Assembly: GCA_003222135.1 (NCBI GenBank)
Contig: QHUM01000052.1
Span: 5,335-69,334 of the forward strand
Source: Gemmatimonadota bacterium
GTDB taxonomy: Bacteria > Gemmatimonadota > Gemmatimonadetes > Gemmatimonadales > GWC2-71-9
DNA length: 64,000 nt
Direction of reading: 5' to 3'
The notes under the pieces were generated by a model, which did no database searches, was not told the origin of the DNA, and saw nothing but the letters and a program-made list of their open reading frames with translations. Shown in pieces: positions 1-9,258 of this stretch; the stretch's first letter is position 1, and every line of letters starts with the position of its first letter. A program made the position numbers and the translations under genes.

Positions 1-429
1 CGCACCCTGGACCCCGTACATCGCCGTGGCGCTGGCATCCTTCAGGATATCGATCTGTTCGATGTCACCCGGGTTAAGCCACGACAGCCCGTGCCCGGTG
101 GTTACTTGCACGGGCATTCCGTCCACCACATACAGGGGCTCGGTGTCGCCGTAGATGGAGCCGCGGCCCCGGATTCGGACCGAAATGCCCCCGCTCGGCA
201 GCCGGATGACCTGCACGCCGGCGCTCCGACCTTCGAGCAGCTCTTCGACCTGCGCGGCGGGGATGCCGTGCAGGTCGGCGGCGCGCACCGTGGAGACAGC
301 ACTCGCGGTCATTTCCTCCGAGGGGGCGCCGGCCGGCGGCGCGGACGCCGGCGGGTGGGCGCACCCCCACCACGCCAGCGGCGTGGCGACGAGCGCCACG
401 CGCGCGGCGCTCCCAGGGGTGCCCCGCAT
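1..429 (-). CDS. TonB-dependent-receptor plug-domain-only lipoprotein (3' end cut by window edge)
   Basis: Absent from the ORF track because no stop falls inside the window. My reverse-strand translation of 1-429 gives MRGTPGSAARVALVATPLAWWGC (lipobox) ...GGISVRIRGRGSIYGDTEPLYVVDGMPVQ...LNPGDIEQIDILKDASATAMYGVQGA, which are plug-domain motifs. The ATG at 429 lies 7 nt after the SusD stop. Paralog of 44153-44596. Confidence 0.7.
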   Translation of the reverse strand, partial: MRGTPGSAARVALVATPLAWWGCAHPPASAPPAGAPSEEMTASAVSTVRAADLHGIPAAQVEELLEGRSAGVQVIRLPSGGISVRIRGRGSIYGDTEPLYVVDGMPVQVTTGHGLSWLNPGDIEQIDILKDASATAMYGVQGA

Positions 430-436
430 CACCGCT

Positions 437-2308
437 CTAGTACCCGGGGTTCTGCTGCAGGCCTGCGATAGCCGCTTCACCGGCTGGGATCGGGTACAAC
501 GTGTCCCGCGCCGCGAAGGCCGCACCCATGAGCAACGCGGCCCGGCCCGGAACCACGCCGTTCTGCCGGATAATGTCGAACCAGCGCTGTTGCTCCATCC
601 CCAGCTCGACGCGGCGCTCCTGCCAAATGGCATCGAGCAGCGCCTGTCCCGTGGCCGCCACATTGGGGAGCAACGTTTGCGCCGCGATGGTGATGGCCAG
701 CGTTTGCGTGGTGATGACCCCGGTGACGGAGTCCTGTCTCAGGCGCAGCACATCGAGCGCCACGTTGACGCCGGGCGTTTTCGCGTTCACCGCGGTGAAA
801 TAATCGGCCATCGTGGCAATCGGCGTCCCATCGATCGCGCGGACGATGTCGATCGTGTCGACCCGCACCGGCGGGATCGTGGCCGAGGCGCAGCCGGCGA
901 CGCAGCGTGACTTGAAGGTACGGAGACCCGCAGTGTAGGCCGGACTGGTCGGATTGACGTAGCGTACGAACACGCGGCTCTCTCCCGAGGGTCGAGCGAG
1001 CACGGCCGAGTCGATCGGCGCAGCGAGCAGCTCGGGCGTGAAGCCGAGCGTCACCGTTTGAGTGCCGCGCGCCCGTGCGCGCACCTGGTTCAGGTAATTC
1101 TGCGCCTTGGCGATGTCCCCCGTCTGATACGCCGCCTCGGCCCCGATCAGCAGCACGTCGGCGTAGCGGAGGCGCCGGAGGTTGATCCCGGAGTTGAAGG
1201 CCCCGCCGACGTTGCTGGGAGACATGAACGCCTTCTGGTTGTACCGGTTGTTCAGCATGCTCGGATTCAGGTAGACCACCAGGCCGCTCCCGTCCGGGAG
1301 CAACTCCCACGGGTAGAGGATCGTCGTCACGAGGCGCGGGTCACCCGGCTCGTAGGCGGCTTCGAGACTGGGTGACGGCGTGTTAAATCCCCAACCGATG
1401 TTGGGCGTGCCTCGCACGCCCTGCACCTCGGCATACTGAATGTTCGCCCCTCCCTGGTCCGGTGCCTTGCCGCCACCCGGCGTCACCGCTGCCTCCACCT
1501 CCCATACCGACTCGCTGGAGTTTTCTCCTGCGTCGGTGAAGAGCGTCGCGTAATCGGAGAAGAGACCGTAGCCGGGCTTGCCGATGACCGAATCGGCGTA
1601 CGCCAGCGCGTGGGCGTAGTCCTTGCGATAGAGGTATACCTCCGCCAGCATGCCCTGGGCGGCGCCCTTAGTGGCGCGGCCCACGTCCGCGGCGGCGTAC
1701 TGCAACTTGGTCGGCAGGACCCCGCTGGCGTCCTGGAGATCCTGCTCGATCAGCGCGTACACCTGGTCGACCGTGGCCCGCGGCTGGATGAACTGGTCCG
1801 GGGTGAGCGGCTGGGTGAAGAGCGGCACGCCTCCGAACGCGCGCGCCAGGAAAAAGTAGTAGTAGGCGCGCAGGAACTTGTTCTCACCGATGAGGCGCGC
1901 CTTGAGGGTCGCATCCATCGGCACGTCGGGGATGTGCTGAATCGCCACGTTCGCGCGGTACACCCCTTTGTAATAGCCGGCCCAGGGATCGGCGAAGGCG
2001 AGGTTGCCGGGATCGAAGGTGAGGTTGTCCAGATCGCCCAGAAAGCTGGCGTCACCCGGCGTGCTCCCCTTGGTGGCGTCGTCCGACACGATGTCGGTCA
2101 GCCCGAGCCACGAGAAAACGTGCACCTGCCACTCGCGTAGCATGTTGTAGGTGGCGTTGGTGGCGGCAACGGCCTGGTCGGAGGTCTTGAAGAAGTTCTC
2201 CGTGGTAAGCACGCCCTTCGGCGCGGTCGAGAGGAAGTCGCATCCCGCCGCCAGGCCGAGGACGGCGAGGAGACAAAGCCCGTGCGTTGCGGTCGGTGAA
2301 GTTCTCAT
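437..2308 (-). CDS. RagB/SusD-family nutrient-binding outer-membrane lipoprotein
   Basis: Lipoprotein signal ...LLAVLGLAAGC, SusD-like length, and C-terminus ...AIAGLQQNPGY typical of the family. Lies directly downstream of SusC. The track start at 2335 is GTG; I prefer the ATG at 2308 (MRTSPTATHGLCLL...). Confidence 0.9.
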   Translation of the reverse strand: MRTSPTATHGLCLLAVLGLAAGCDFLSTAPKGVLTTENFFKTSDQAVAATNATYNMLREWQVHVFSWLGLTDIVSDDATKGSTPGDASFLGDLDNLTFDPGNLAFADPWAGYYKGVYRANVAIQHIPDVPMDATLKARLIGENKFLRAYYYFFLARAFGGVPLFTQPLTPDQFIQPRATVDQVYALIEQDLQDASGVLPTKLQYAAADVGRATKGAAQGMLAEVYLYRKDYAHALAYADSVIGKPGYGLFSDYATLFTDAGENSSESVWEVEAAVTPGGGKAPDQGGANIQYAEVQGVRGTPNIGWGFNTPSPSLEAAYEPGDPRLVTTILYPWELLPDGSGLVVYLNPSMLNNRYNQKAFMSPSNVGGAFNSGINLRRLRYADVLLIGAEAAYQTGDIAKAQNYLNQVRARARGTQTVTLGFTPELLAAPIDSAVLARPSGESRVFVRYVNPTSPAYTAGLRTFKSRCVAGCASATIPPVRVDTIDIVRAIDGTPIATMADYFTAVNAKTPGVNVALDVLRLRQDSVTGVITTQTLAITIAAQTLLPNVAATGQALLDAIWQERRVELGMEQQRWFDIIRQNGVVPGRAALLMGAAFAARDTLYPIPAGEAAIAGLQQNPGY

Positions 2309-2346
2309 GGCTCGCCCCGAATCGAATGAATTCACGTTAATAGGTG

Positions 2347-5300
2347 TCAGAAGGCCACATCCAGACCCACCGTGAACGTCCGCGCCGGTGGGAAGATCCC
2401 CCCGAAGGTATCGATCCCGCTCGCGATCACCGACCCTCCCGGCAGCTCGGGGGTGTAGCCGGAGTAGTTCGTGGCGTTGAACAGGTTGGTGCCGCTCAGG
2501 TAGATCCTGGCCTGCCCGATGCCGAGTCCGTTCGTGGCGCTCACGGGCAAGCGGTAACCGATCTGCACGTTCTGCAGCTTGAGGAAGGAGCCGTCTTCGA
2601 TGAAGCGATCGGAGGCGACGTAATTGGTTCCGGCCGTGGTCACCCGCGGCTCGGTGTTGCTCGTGCCCGGCCCGTGCCAGCGGTTCAGGTACGAGGCCTC
2701 GAAGTTCTCGACCCCGAAGCGAACCGCCTTCTTCCCGTTGAACACCTTGTTGCCCGCCTGTCCGCTGAAGTTGGCCGAGACATCGAAATCGCCAAAACGC
2801 AGACGACCGTTGAAGCCGTACACGACATCCGGAATGGGGCAGCCGAGGAACTGCTTGTCCGCGTCCGTGATCTTGCCGTCGCCGTTGGTATCGGCGTACC
2901 GCAGGTCCCCAGGCTGCTCGCCGACGTTGCGATTCGGTGAGCTGGCGATCTCCGCCGCTGTCTGGAAGACGCCTTGCACCTTCAGGCCCCAGAAGCAGCC
3001 GATCGGCTGGCCGACCGCCGTGCGCGTCGTGAACTGCACCTCGTTGCCGAGCCCGCCGGCGAGGATCTGGCTGTTGCCCTGGCCGAGTGCCTTCACCGTA
3101 TTGCTAATCGTGCTGCCGTTGAGACCCAGATCGAGGTCGGCGGCGCCTATCTTGTGGCGCCAGACGAACGAGCCCTCGATCCCCGTGTTCACCACCTTGG
3201 CGGCGTTGACGTAGGGCTGGGTTGACACGCCGATGTACGTGGGGATCGGCACCTGCACCAAGATGCCGTCGGTAAGGCGGTGATAGTAGTCAAGCGTGGC
3301 CTCGAGCTGGCCGTTGAACAGCACCATGTCGGCGCCGACGTCGGTCTGGGTCGTCTTCTCCCATTTGACCTGCGGGTTAGCCAGCTCGATGGGGCTGGCG
3401 CCGTATTGCAGCGTCTCGCCGGTCCCGAACACGGCGTTCAGGTTGCCGGTCACGATCGGCACGCCGGGATACGCACCGATCTTGTCGTTGCCGGTCTCCC
3501 CCCAACTGGCGCGCAGCTTCAGGGCCGAGAAGGGCCCTTTCTCCTTCATGAACGGCTCTTCCTTCAGATTCCACGCGACCGCGAACGACGGGAACGAGCC
3601 GTAGCGGTTGTCCGGCCCGAACCGCGACGATCCGTCCACACGCATCGTTCCGGTGAACGAGTAGCGGTCCTTGAGGGTGTAATTGGCGCGGAAGAGATAG
3701 GAGAGCATCTTCCAGTCTGATGCTCGGTTGAAGTTCGTTTGCCCCGTCGTGGCGCCGGCGTCGCAATACCACAGACTCGGGTCCTCGCCGGCGATGTTGG
3801 TGCGCGTGCAGCCGAGCACCTCGTTGTAGAACGACTGCGCCGTGGTACCAGCGAGGAGGTTCAGCCGGTGGCGCTCCGACTGATACGTGTAGGCGAGCGT
3901 GTTCTCCCATAGCCAGGAGCTGCTGGTGCCCGTCTCGACGTCCACGCTGGAGATGTCGTTCTTCTGAAGGGTTGAAACGGAGTACACGGGTACGAAGCTC
4001 CGGAACTGCGAGCGACCGAGGTCCAGGCCAAAGCTCGAGCGGAACGTGAGGCTGTGGGGGAGATTCAGCTCGCCGAAGAAGTTGCCGATCAGGCGCGCGT
4101 TGTTCTCGGTATTGCGCGTGTAGAAAACCGTGGCCGCAGGATTGCCCGCCGAAGAGCGCACCGTGCCATCGGCGAAGGTGCCGGCGGGGTTGTAAGGCGG
4201 GACAGTCGGGTCCGCGCGATAGAGCACACTCAACACGTCCGGGGGTCGGTCGTCGCCCGTATACGAGATCGCGAGGTTGTGCCCCAGGAGGAGGTGGTTG
4301 GTCAAGCGGTAGTCGTTGTTGAGACGCAGCGTGACCCGGTGGAAGTCCGACTTGGGGACGACACCCGCCTGGCGAAAGTAATCGCCGCTGAAGTAGTACG
4401 TGACCTTGTCCGTGCCTCCCGAGCTCGAGAGTTGGTAATTCTGTATCGGCGCGGTTGCGAACATCGCCTTCTGCCAGTCCGTGCCCGCGCCGATGGTGTC
4501 CGGATTCGTGAAGTAGGCCGGCGCTCCGAGATTCGTGGCCAGCTCATTGGCGAGGATCGCGTAGTTGTGCGCGTTGACGAGATCGACCCGATGCTCCACG
4601 GCCTGCGACCCGGCGTACGCGTTGAAGCTGAAGTGCGTCGGGCGCTCAAGACCCCCACGCTTGGTGGAAATGATGATGACCCCGTTCGCGCCGCGCGAGC
4701 CGTAGATCGCCGTGGCCGAGGCGTCCTTGAGCACCTCGACGGACGACACGTCATTCGCCTGCAGGAATGACACGTCGTCGGTCAGCATGCCGTCGACGAC
4801 GTAGAGCGGGGAGGCGTCGTTGAGCGTGCCGACTCCGCGGATGCGCACGACGGCGCTGGCGCCCGGCCGGCCCGACGAGGGCGTGACCTGTGCGCCGGCG
4901 ACCCGACCCTGCAGCGTCTGGTCGACCGATGCCGTGGGGACCGGCGTCAGGTCCTCGGCATTCACGGTCGTCACGGCTCCGGTGACGTCGCGCCGCTGCT
5001 GCGTGCCGTAGCCCGTCACGACGACCTCTTCCATCATGATCGCCGCGGCCTCCATGGTGGCGTTCACCACCGACCGGCCCGCGATCGCAACCTCGATCGG
5101 GCGGTAGCCAATGAACGCGAAGGTCAACGTGTCGTTGGTACTCCGGGCATCGATCGTGTACCGGCCGTTGGTGCCGGTGAGCGTACCGATGCTCGTGCCC
5201 TTCACAACGACCCGTGCCCCGGGCAACGGGCTGCCGTCCGCCGTCGAGGTCACCGTGCCAGTCACGCGCACCGGCGGGGTCTGACCCCGAGCGGGTCCGG

Positions 5301-5349
5301 CCGACGCAAGCGAGAGCAGCGCGAGGATGCCGAAGAGTGTCCGGCGCAT
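2347..5349 (-). CDS. SusC/RagA-family TonB-linked outer-membrane receptor
   Basis: Signal peptide MRRTLFGILALLSLASAGPARGQ and a CarboxypepD_reg-like N-domain (VTGTVTSTADGSPLPGARVVVKGT). Plug motifs are present (NDASPLYVVDGM, VEVLKDASATAIYGSRGANGVIIISTKRG). Long beta-barrel ends in ...TFTVGLDVAF. Track start 5490 trimmed to ATG 5349, which is preceded by GGAGA. Confidence 0.93.
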   Translation of the reverse strand: MRRTLFGILALLSLASAGPARGQTPPVRVTGTVTSTADGSPLPGARVVVKGTSIGTLTGTNGRYTIDARSTNDTLTFAFIGYRPIEVAIAGRSVVNATMEAAAIMMEEVVVTGYGTQQRRDVTGAVTTVNAEDLTPVPTASVDQTLQGRVAGAQVTPSSGRPGASAVVRIRGVGTLNDASPLYVVDGMLTDDVSFLQANDVSSVEVLKDASATAIYGSRGANGVIIISTKRGGLERPTHFSFNAYAGSQAVEHRVDLVNAHNYAILANELATNLGAPAYFTNPDTIGAGTDWQKAMFATAPIQNYQLSSSGGTDKVTYYFSGDYFRQAGVVPKSDFHRVTLRLNNDYRLTNHLLLGHNLAISYTGDDRPPDVLSVLYRADPTVPPYNPAGTFADGTVRSSAGNPAATVFYTRNTENNARLIGNFFGELNLPHSLTFRSSFGLDLGRSQFRSFVPVYSVSTLQKNDISSVDVETGTSSSWLWENTLAYTYQSERHRLNLLAGTTAQSFYNEVLGCTRTNIAGEDPSLWYCDAGATTGQTNFNRASDWKMLSYLFRANYTLKDRYSFTGTMRVDGSSRFGPDNRYGSFPSFAVAWNLKEEPFMKEKGPFSALKLRASWGETGNDKIGAYPGVPIVTGNLNAVFGTGETLQYGASPIELANPQVKWEKTTQTDVGADMVLFNGQLEATLDYYHRLTDGILVQVPIPTYIGVSTQPYVNAAKVVNTGIEGSFVWRHKIGAADLDLGLNGSTISNTVKALGQGNSQILAGGLGNEVQFTTRTAVGQPIGCFWGLKVQGVFQTAAEIASSPNRNVGEQPGDLRYADTNGDGKITDADKQFLGCPIPDVVYGFNGRLRFGDFDVSANFSGQAGNKVFNGKKAVRFGVENFEASYLNRWHGPGTSNTEPRVTTAGTNYVASDRFIEDGSFLKLQNVQIGYRLPVSATNGLGIGQARIYLSGTNLFNATNYSGYTPELPGGSVIASGIDTFGGIFPPARTFTVGLDVAF

Positions 5350-5381
5350 GGAACTGTCTCCACTGGAGTGCGTTGCCCTCC

Positions 5382-5432
5382 TTATCACGCGCGTTAGGTG
5401 GTTTGTCAAGTCCGCCGGAGCCCGCGTAGATT
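5382..5432. promoter_or_regulatory. Candidate bidirectional sigma70-type promoter sharing one TTGTCAA -35 core
   Basis: Plus strand: TTGTCA (5403-5408), 18-nt spacer, TAGATT (5427-5432), upstream of GH3. Minus strand: TTGACA (5409-5404), 17-nt spacer, GATAAG (5386-5381), upstream of SusC. Motif-only call. Confidence 0.25.
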
Positions 5433-5478
5433 CTGTGCACCGCGTTTCACTCTTCGACCTCTCATCAACAGGATCTCG

Positions 5479-7686
5479 ATGCGCATGCATAACCGCTTCT
5501 GCACGGCGCTAGTCGCCCTCGGCCTCGCCGCCGGCCCCGCTGCCGCGCAGCGCGCCGCTCCCGGGCGACTGATCGACTCGCTCGTCGCCCGCATGACCCT
5601 GGAGGAAAAGCTCGGCCAGCTCAACCTGCCCTCAGTCGATAACCAGCCGAGCCCCGCGCAGCTCGAGCAGGTGCGCAAGGGCCTGATCGGGGGGTTCCTG
5701 AACCTGGCGGGCGCCCAGGCGACCCGCGACGCCCAGCACATCGCGGTCACCGAGTCGCGCCTCCATATCCCGCTGCTGCTGGGCCTGGATGTGATCCACG
5801 GCTATCGCACGATCTTCCCGATCCCGCTCGCCGAAGCGGCGACGTGGGACCCCGCGGCGGCGGAGAGCACGGCGCGCGCCGCGGCGCGCGAAGCCGCAGC
5901 GGCCGGCGTGAACTGGACGTTTGCGCCCATGGTCGACATCGCGCGCGACCCGCGGTGGGGCCGCATCGCCGAGGGCGCGGGCGAGGATCCCTACCTGGGA
6001 TCGGCCATGGCGGCGGCGCGGGTGCGCGGATTTCAGGGAAAGGACCTGCGCGCGCCCGACGCGGTGATGGCCACGGTCAAACACTTCGCCGCGTACGGCG
6101 GCGCCGAAGCGGGCCGCGACTACAACACCGTGGACGTCTCCGAGCGCACCCTGCGGGAGATCTACCTGCCGCCGTTCCGGGCGGCAGTGGACGCGGGCGC
6201 CGGCAGCATCATGACCTCGTTCAACGAGATCGGCGGCATCCCGAGCCACGCCAACCGCTGGCTCGTGACCACGCTGCTGCGCGACGAGTGGAAGTTCCCG
6301 GGGTTCGTCGTGAGTGACTGGACGGGCGTCGAAGAGCTGCGCAACCACGGCGTCGCGGGCTCGCGCGCCGATGCGGGCAAGGTCGCGCTCGAAGCGGGCG
6401 TCGACATGGACATGGTGAGCCGCATCTACGTCGAAGACCTGCCCGCCCTGGTCCGCGCGGGACGTATCCCGATCGCGACGGTCGACGCCGCGGTGCGACG
6501 CGTGCTCGCGGGCAAGCGTGCCTTGGGCCTGTTCGACGACCCGTACCGCGGATCGAGCGTCGAGCGCGAGCGCAGCGTGCTGCTCGCGCCAGAGCAGCGC
6601 CAGCTCGCCCGCACCGTGGCGCAAGAGGCGATCGTGCTGCTCAAGAAAGACGGCAATCTGCTCCCGCTCGGGCCCACGCGGCACACGCTCGCGGTGATCG
6701 GTCCGTTGGCGGACGATCACGTGGCGGCGCTCGGCGCGTGGGCGGGCCGCGGCGACCCGCGCGACGCCGTCACTCCCTTGGAGGGCATCAAGACCCGAGC
6801 CGGAACCGGTACGGAGGTTCGCTACGCCAAGGGCTGCGGCATCGTCGATACGACGACCGCCGGCTTCGCCGAGGCCGTCGCGCTGGCGCGGCAGTCTGAG
6901 GTCGCGCTCCTCGTCCTCGGGGAGATGGGAGACATGAGCGGCGAGGCCGCGAGCCGATCGACCCTCGGGCTCCCGGGCGTGCAGCAACAGTTGCTCGAGG
7001 CCGTCCAGGCCACCGGTACGCCGGTGGTGCTCATATTAATGAATGGGCGGCCGCTCACGGTGCCGTGGGCGGCGGACCACGTGCCGGCCATCCTCGAGAC
7101 GTGGGCCCTCGGCGTCGAGACCGGCCCCGCCCTCGCGGCCGTCGTGTTCGGCGACGTGAGTCCCAGCGGCAAGCTGCCCGTGACCTTCCCCCGGGCCGTG
7201 GGCCAGATTCCGATCTACTACAATCACAAGAACACGGGACGGCCGGCGGGAGCGGACAAGTACACCTCGAAGTACACCGACCTGCCGTCGAGCCCGCTGT
7301 TTCCCTTTGGGTACGGGCTGAGCTACACGTCGTTCGAGTACAGGGATCTCAAGCTGAGCGCTCCCACCATCCCGCCGGGCGGGACGCTCAAGGTATCCGT
7401 CACGGTCACGAACACGGGGGCGCGTGAAGGCGCCGAAGTTGCGCAGCTGTACGTGGACGACGAGGTGGCGAGCGTCACCCGGCCGGTGCGTGCGCTCGCC
7501 GGGTTCCGGCGGGTGTCCTTGAAGCCCGGCGAATCGCGTACGGTAGAGTTCGAGCTGACGCCCAAGGAGCTCGGGTTGTACGATCAGCGCATGAAGTTCG
7601 TCGTCGAGCCCGGGAAGTTTCGGGTGTACGTGGGGGGGAGCTCGGTGGGAGGGCTTGAGGGAGAGTTCGAGGTTGCGCCTCGCTGA
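5479..7686 (+). CDS. bglX: Glycoside hydrolase family 3 beta-glucosidase (periplasmic BglX-like)
   Basis: Signal MRMHNRFCTALVALGLAAGPAAAQ. GH3 N-domain motifs are present (KLGQL, GLDVIHG, KHFAAYG, and GFVVSDW containing the nucleophile Asp). C-terminal sandwich and FnIII-like domain follow. AGGA lies 7 nt upstream of ATG 5479. Confidence 0.93.
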   Translation: MRMHNRFCTALVALGLAAGPAAAQRAAPGRLIDSLVARMTLEEKLGQLNLPSVDNQPSPAQLEQVRKGLIGGFLNLAGAQATRDAQHIAVTESRLHIPLLLGLDVIHGYRTIFPIPLAEAATWDPAAAESTARAAAREAAAAGVNWTFAPMVDIARDPRWGRIAEGAGEDPYLGSAMAAARVRGFQGKDLRAPDAVMATVKHFAAYGGAEAGRDYNTVDVSERTLREIYLPPFRAAVDAGAGSIMTSFNEIGGIPSHANRWLVTTLLRDEWKFPGFVVSDWTGVEELRNHGVAGSRADAGKVALEAGVDMDMVSRIYVEDLPALVRAGRIPIATVDAAVRRVLAGKRALGLFDDPYRGSSVERERSVLLAPEQRQLARTVAQEAIVLLKKDGNLLPLGPTRHTLAVIGPLADDHVAALGAWAGRGDPRDAVTPLEGIKTRAGTGTEVRYAKGCGIVDTTTAGFAEAVALARQSEVALLVLGEMGDMSGEAASRSTLGLPGVQQQLLEAVQATGTPVVLILMNGRPLTVPWAADHVPAILETWALGVETGPALAAVVFGDVSPSGKLPVTFPRAVGQIPIYYNHKNTGRPAGADKYTSKYTDLPSSPLFPFGYGLSYTSFEYRDLKLSAPTIPPGGTLKVSVTVTNTGAREGAEVAQLYVDDEVASVTRPVRALAGFRRVSLKPGESRTVEFELTPKELGLYDQRMKFVVEPGKFRVYVGGSSVGGLEGEFEVAPR

Positions 7687-9226
7687 TCTCGTCGCCACGT
7701 CCCAGCAGGTCGCCCGGACGAGCGGCCGCCTCGAGAAGATCGGCTTGCTGGCGGCGCTACTGGCCCGCGTCGAGCTGGCGGAGATCGAGATCGCGACGGC
7801 GTTCCTGTGCGGCGTGGTGCGGCAGCCAAAACTCGGGGTCGGATATGCCAGTGTGCGCGCCGCTCTGCCCGAGTCGGCTGCCGAGTCGGCCACGCTGGAG
7901 CTATCGGCCGTGGATCGCGCGTTCGAGCAGATCGCGCGGCTCGCCGGGAAGGGCTCGGCGGATGCCAGGATGCGATTGCTGCGGGAGCTGCTCCTCTCCG
8001 CGACGCGCGACGAGCAGCGCTTTCTCACGAGTCTGGTGATCGGCGAGGTGCGCCAGGGAGCACTCGAGGGGCTCGTGCTCGAGGCCGTGGCGCAAGCCGC
8101 TCGAGTGCCGAGCGAGACGGTGCGGCGCGCCGCCATGGCGGCGGGCGACTTGCCGAGCGTGGCGCGCGTGGCACTCGCCGAGGGAGCGGCGGGGCTGTCC
8201 CGCTTCAGCGTTCGCCTGTTCCGTCCCGTGCTCCCGATGCTCGCCCAAACCGCGGACGACGCAGCCGACGCGGTGGCGCGGCTCGGTCGCGCCGCGCTCG
8301 AGTTCAAGCTGGACGGCGCCCGGGTGCAACTCCACAAGCGGGACGATGAGGTGAAAGTCTACTCCCGCAGCCTGAAGGACGTGACCGCGGCCGTGCCCGA
8401 GCTGGTGGAGTGGGCGCGCACCCTCCCCGCACGGGAGCTGATCCTGGACGGCGAGGTCATCGCGCTCCGCGCCGACGGCACGCCACTCCCGTTTCAGACC
8501 ACGATGCGCCGCTTCGGCCGCAGGCTGGACGTCGACCGCCTGCGGCGCGAGCTGCCGCTCACCCCGTTCTTCTTCGACCTCTTGTATCTCGATGGACAGC
8601 CGCTGCTCGCTGAGCCGGAGGAACGCCGCTTTGCGGCGCTCAGCGAGGTCACGTCGGGTGGGCTGCTGGTGCCGCGTACGGTGACCGCCTTGGCCGACGG
8701 AGCTCAGGCATTCCTCGATCAGGCATTGGCCCACGGGCACGAGGGGATCATGGCCAAAGCGCTGGACGCGCCGTACGAGGCCGGCGGGCGGGGCCAGCGG
8801 TGGCTCAAGGTAAAGCCCGCGCACACACTCGACCTCGTGGTGCTCGCGGCGGAGTGGGGGCACGGACGCCGCCAGGGGTGGCTCTCGAATCTGCATCTCG
8901 GTGCGCGCGACCCGGAGACCGGCGGCTTCGTCATGCTGGGGAAGACGTTCAAGGGCATGACCGACGAGATGCTCGCGTGGCAGACCAAGCGGCTGCTCGA
9001 GGTCGAGATCGGGCGGGACGCCCATACCGTGCATGTCCGCCCGGAGCTCGTGGTGGAAGTGGCCTTCAACGACGTGCAGGCGAGCTCGCACTATGCGGGC
9101 GGCCTGGCGCTTCGCTTCGCGCGCGTCAAGCGTTATCGCACCGACAAGACCGCCGCGCAGGCGGACACGGTCGCCACGGTACGGCGGATCCTGCACCGCA
9201 GTCACGACCCAGCCGCCGCCGATTGA
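7673..9226 (+). CDS. ATP-dependent DNA ligase (Lig1/LigB-type with N-terminal DNA-binding domain)
   Basis: Adenylation motif I is EFKLDGARVQLHK (KxDG). Also EGIMAK, a WLKVK-type motif and an OB-fold tail. The N-terminus LRLADLVATSQQVA is typical of the family. Start is TTG 7673 (or TTG 7655 as in the track); either overlaps the GH3 stop. Confidence 0.88.
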   Translation: MRLADLVATSQQVARTSGRLEKIGLLAALLARVELAEIEIATAFLCGVVRQPKLGVGYASVRAALPESAAESATLELSAVDRAFEQIARLAGKGSADARMRLLRELLLSATRDEQRFLTSLVIGEVRQGALEGLVLEAVAQAARVPSETVRRAAMAAGDLPSVARVALAEGAAGLSRFSVRLFRPVLPMLAQTADDAADAVARLGRAALEFKLDGARVQLHKRDDEVKVYSRSLKDVTAAVPELVEWARTLPARELILDGEVIALRADGTPLPFQTTMRRFGRRLDVDRLRRELPLTPFFFDLLYLDGQPLLAEPEERRFAALSEVTSGGLLVPRTVTALADGAQAFLDQALAHGHEGIMAKALDAPYEAGGRGQRWLKVKPAHTLDLVVLAAEWGHGRRQGWLSNLHLGARDPETGGFVMLGKTFKGMTDEMLAWQTKRLLEVEIGRDAHTVHVRPELVVEVAFNDVQASSHYAGGLALRFARVKRYRTDKTAAQADTVATVRRILHRSHDPAAAD

Positions 9227-9258
9227 TTCGACCGGCGTCGCGTGACAAGTTGAGTCTC

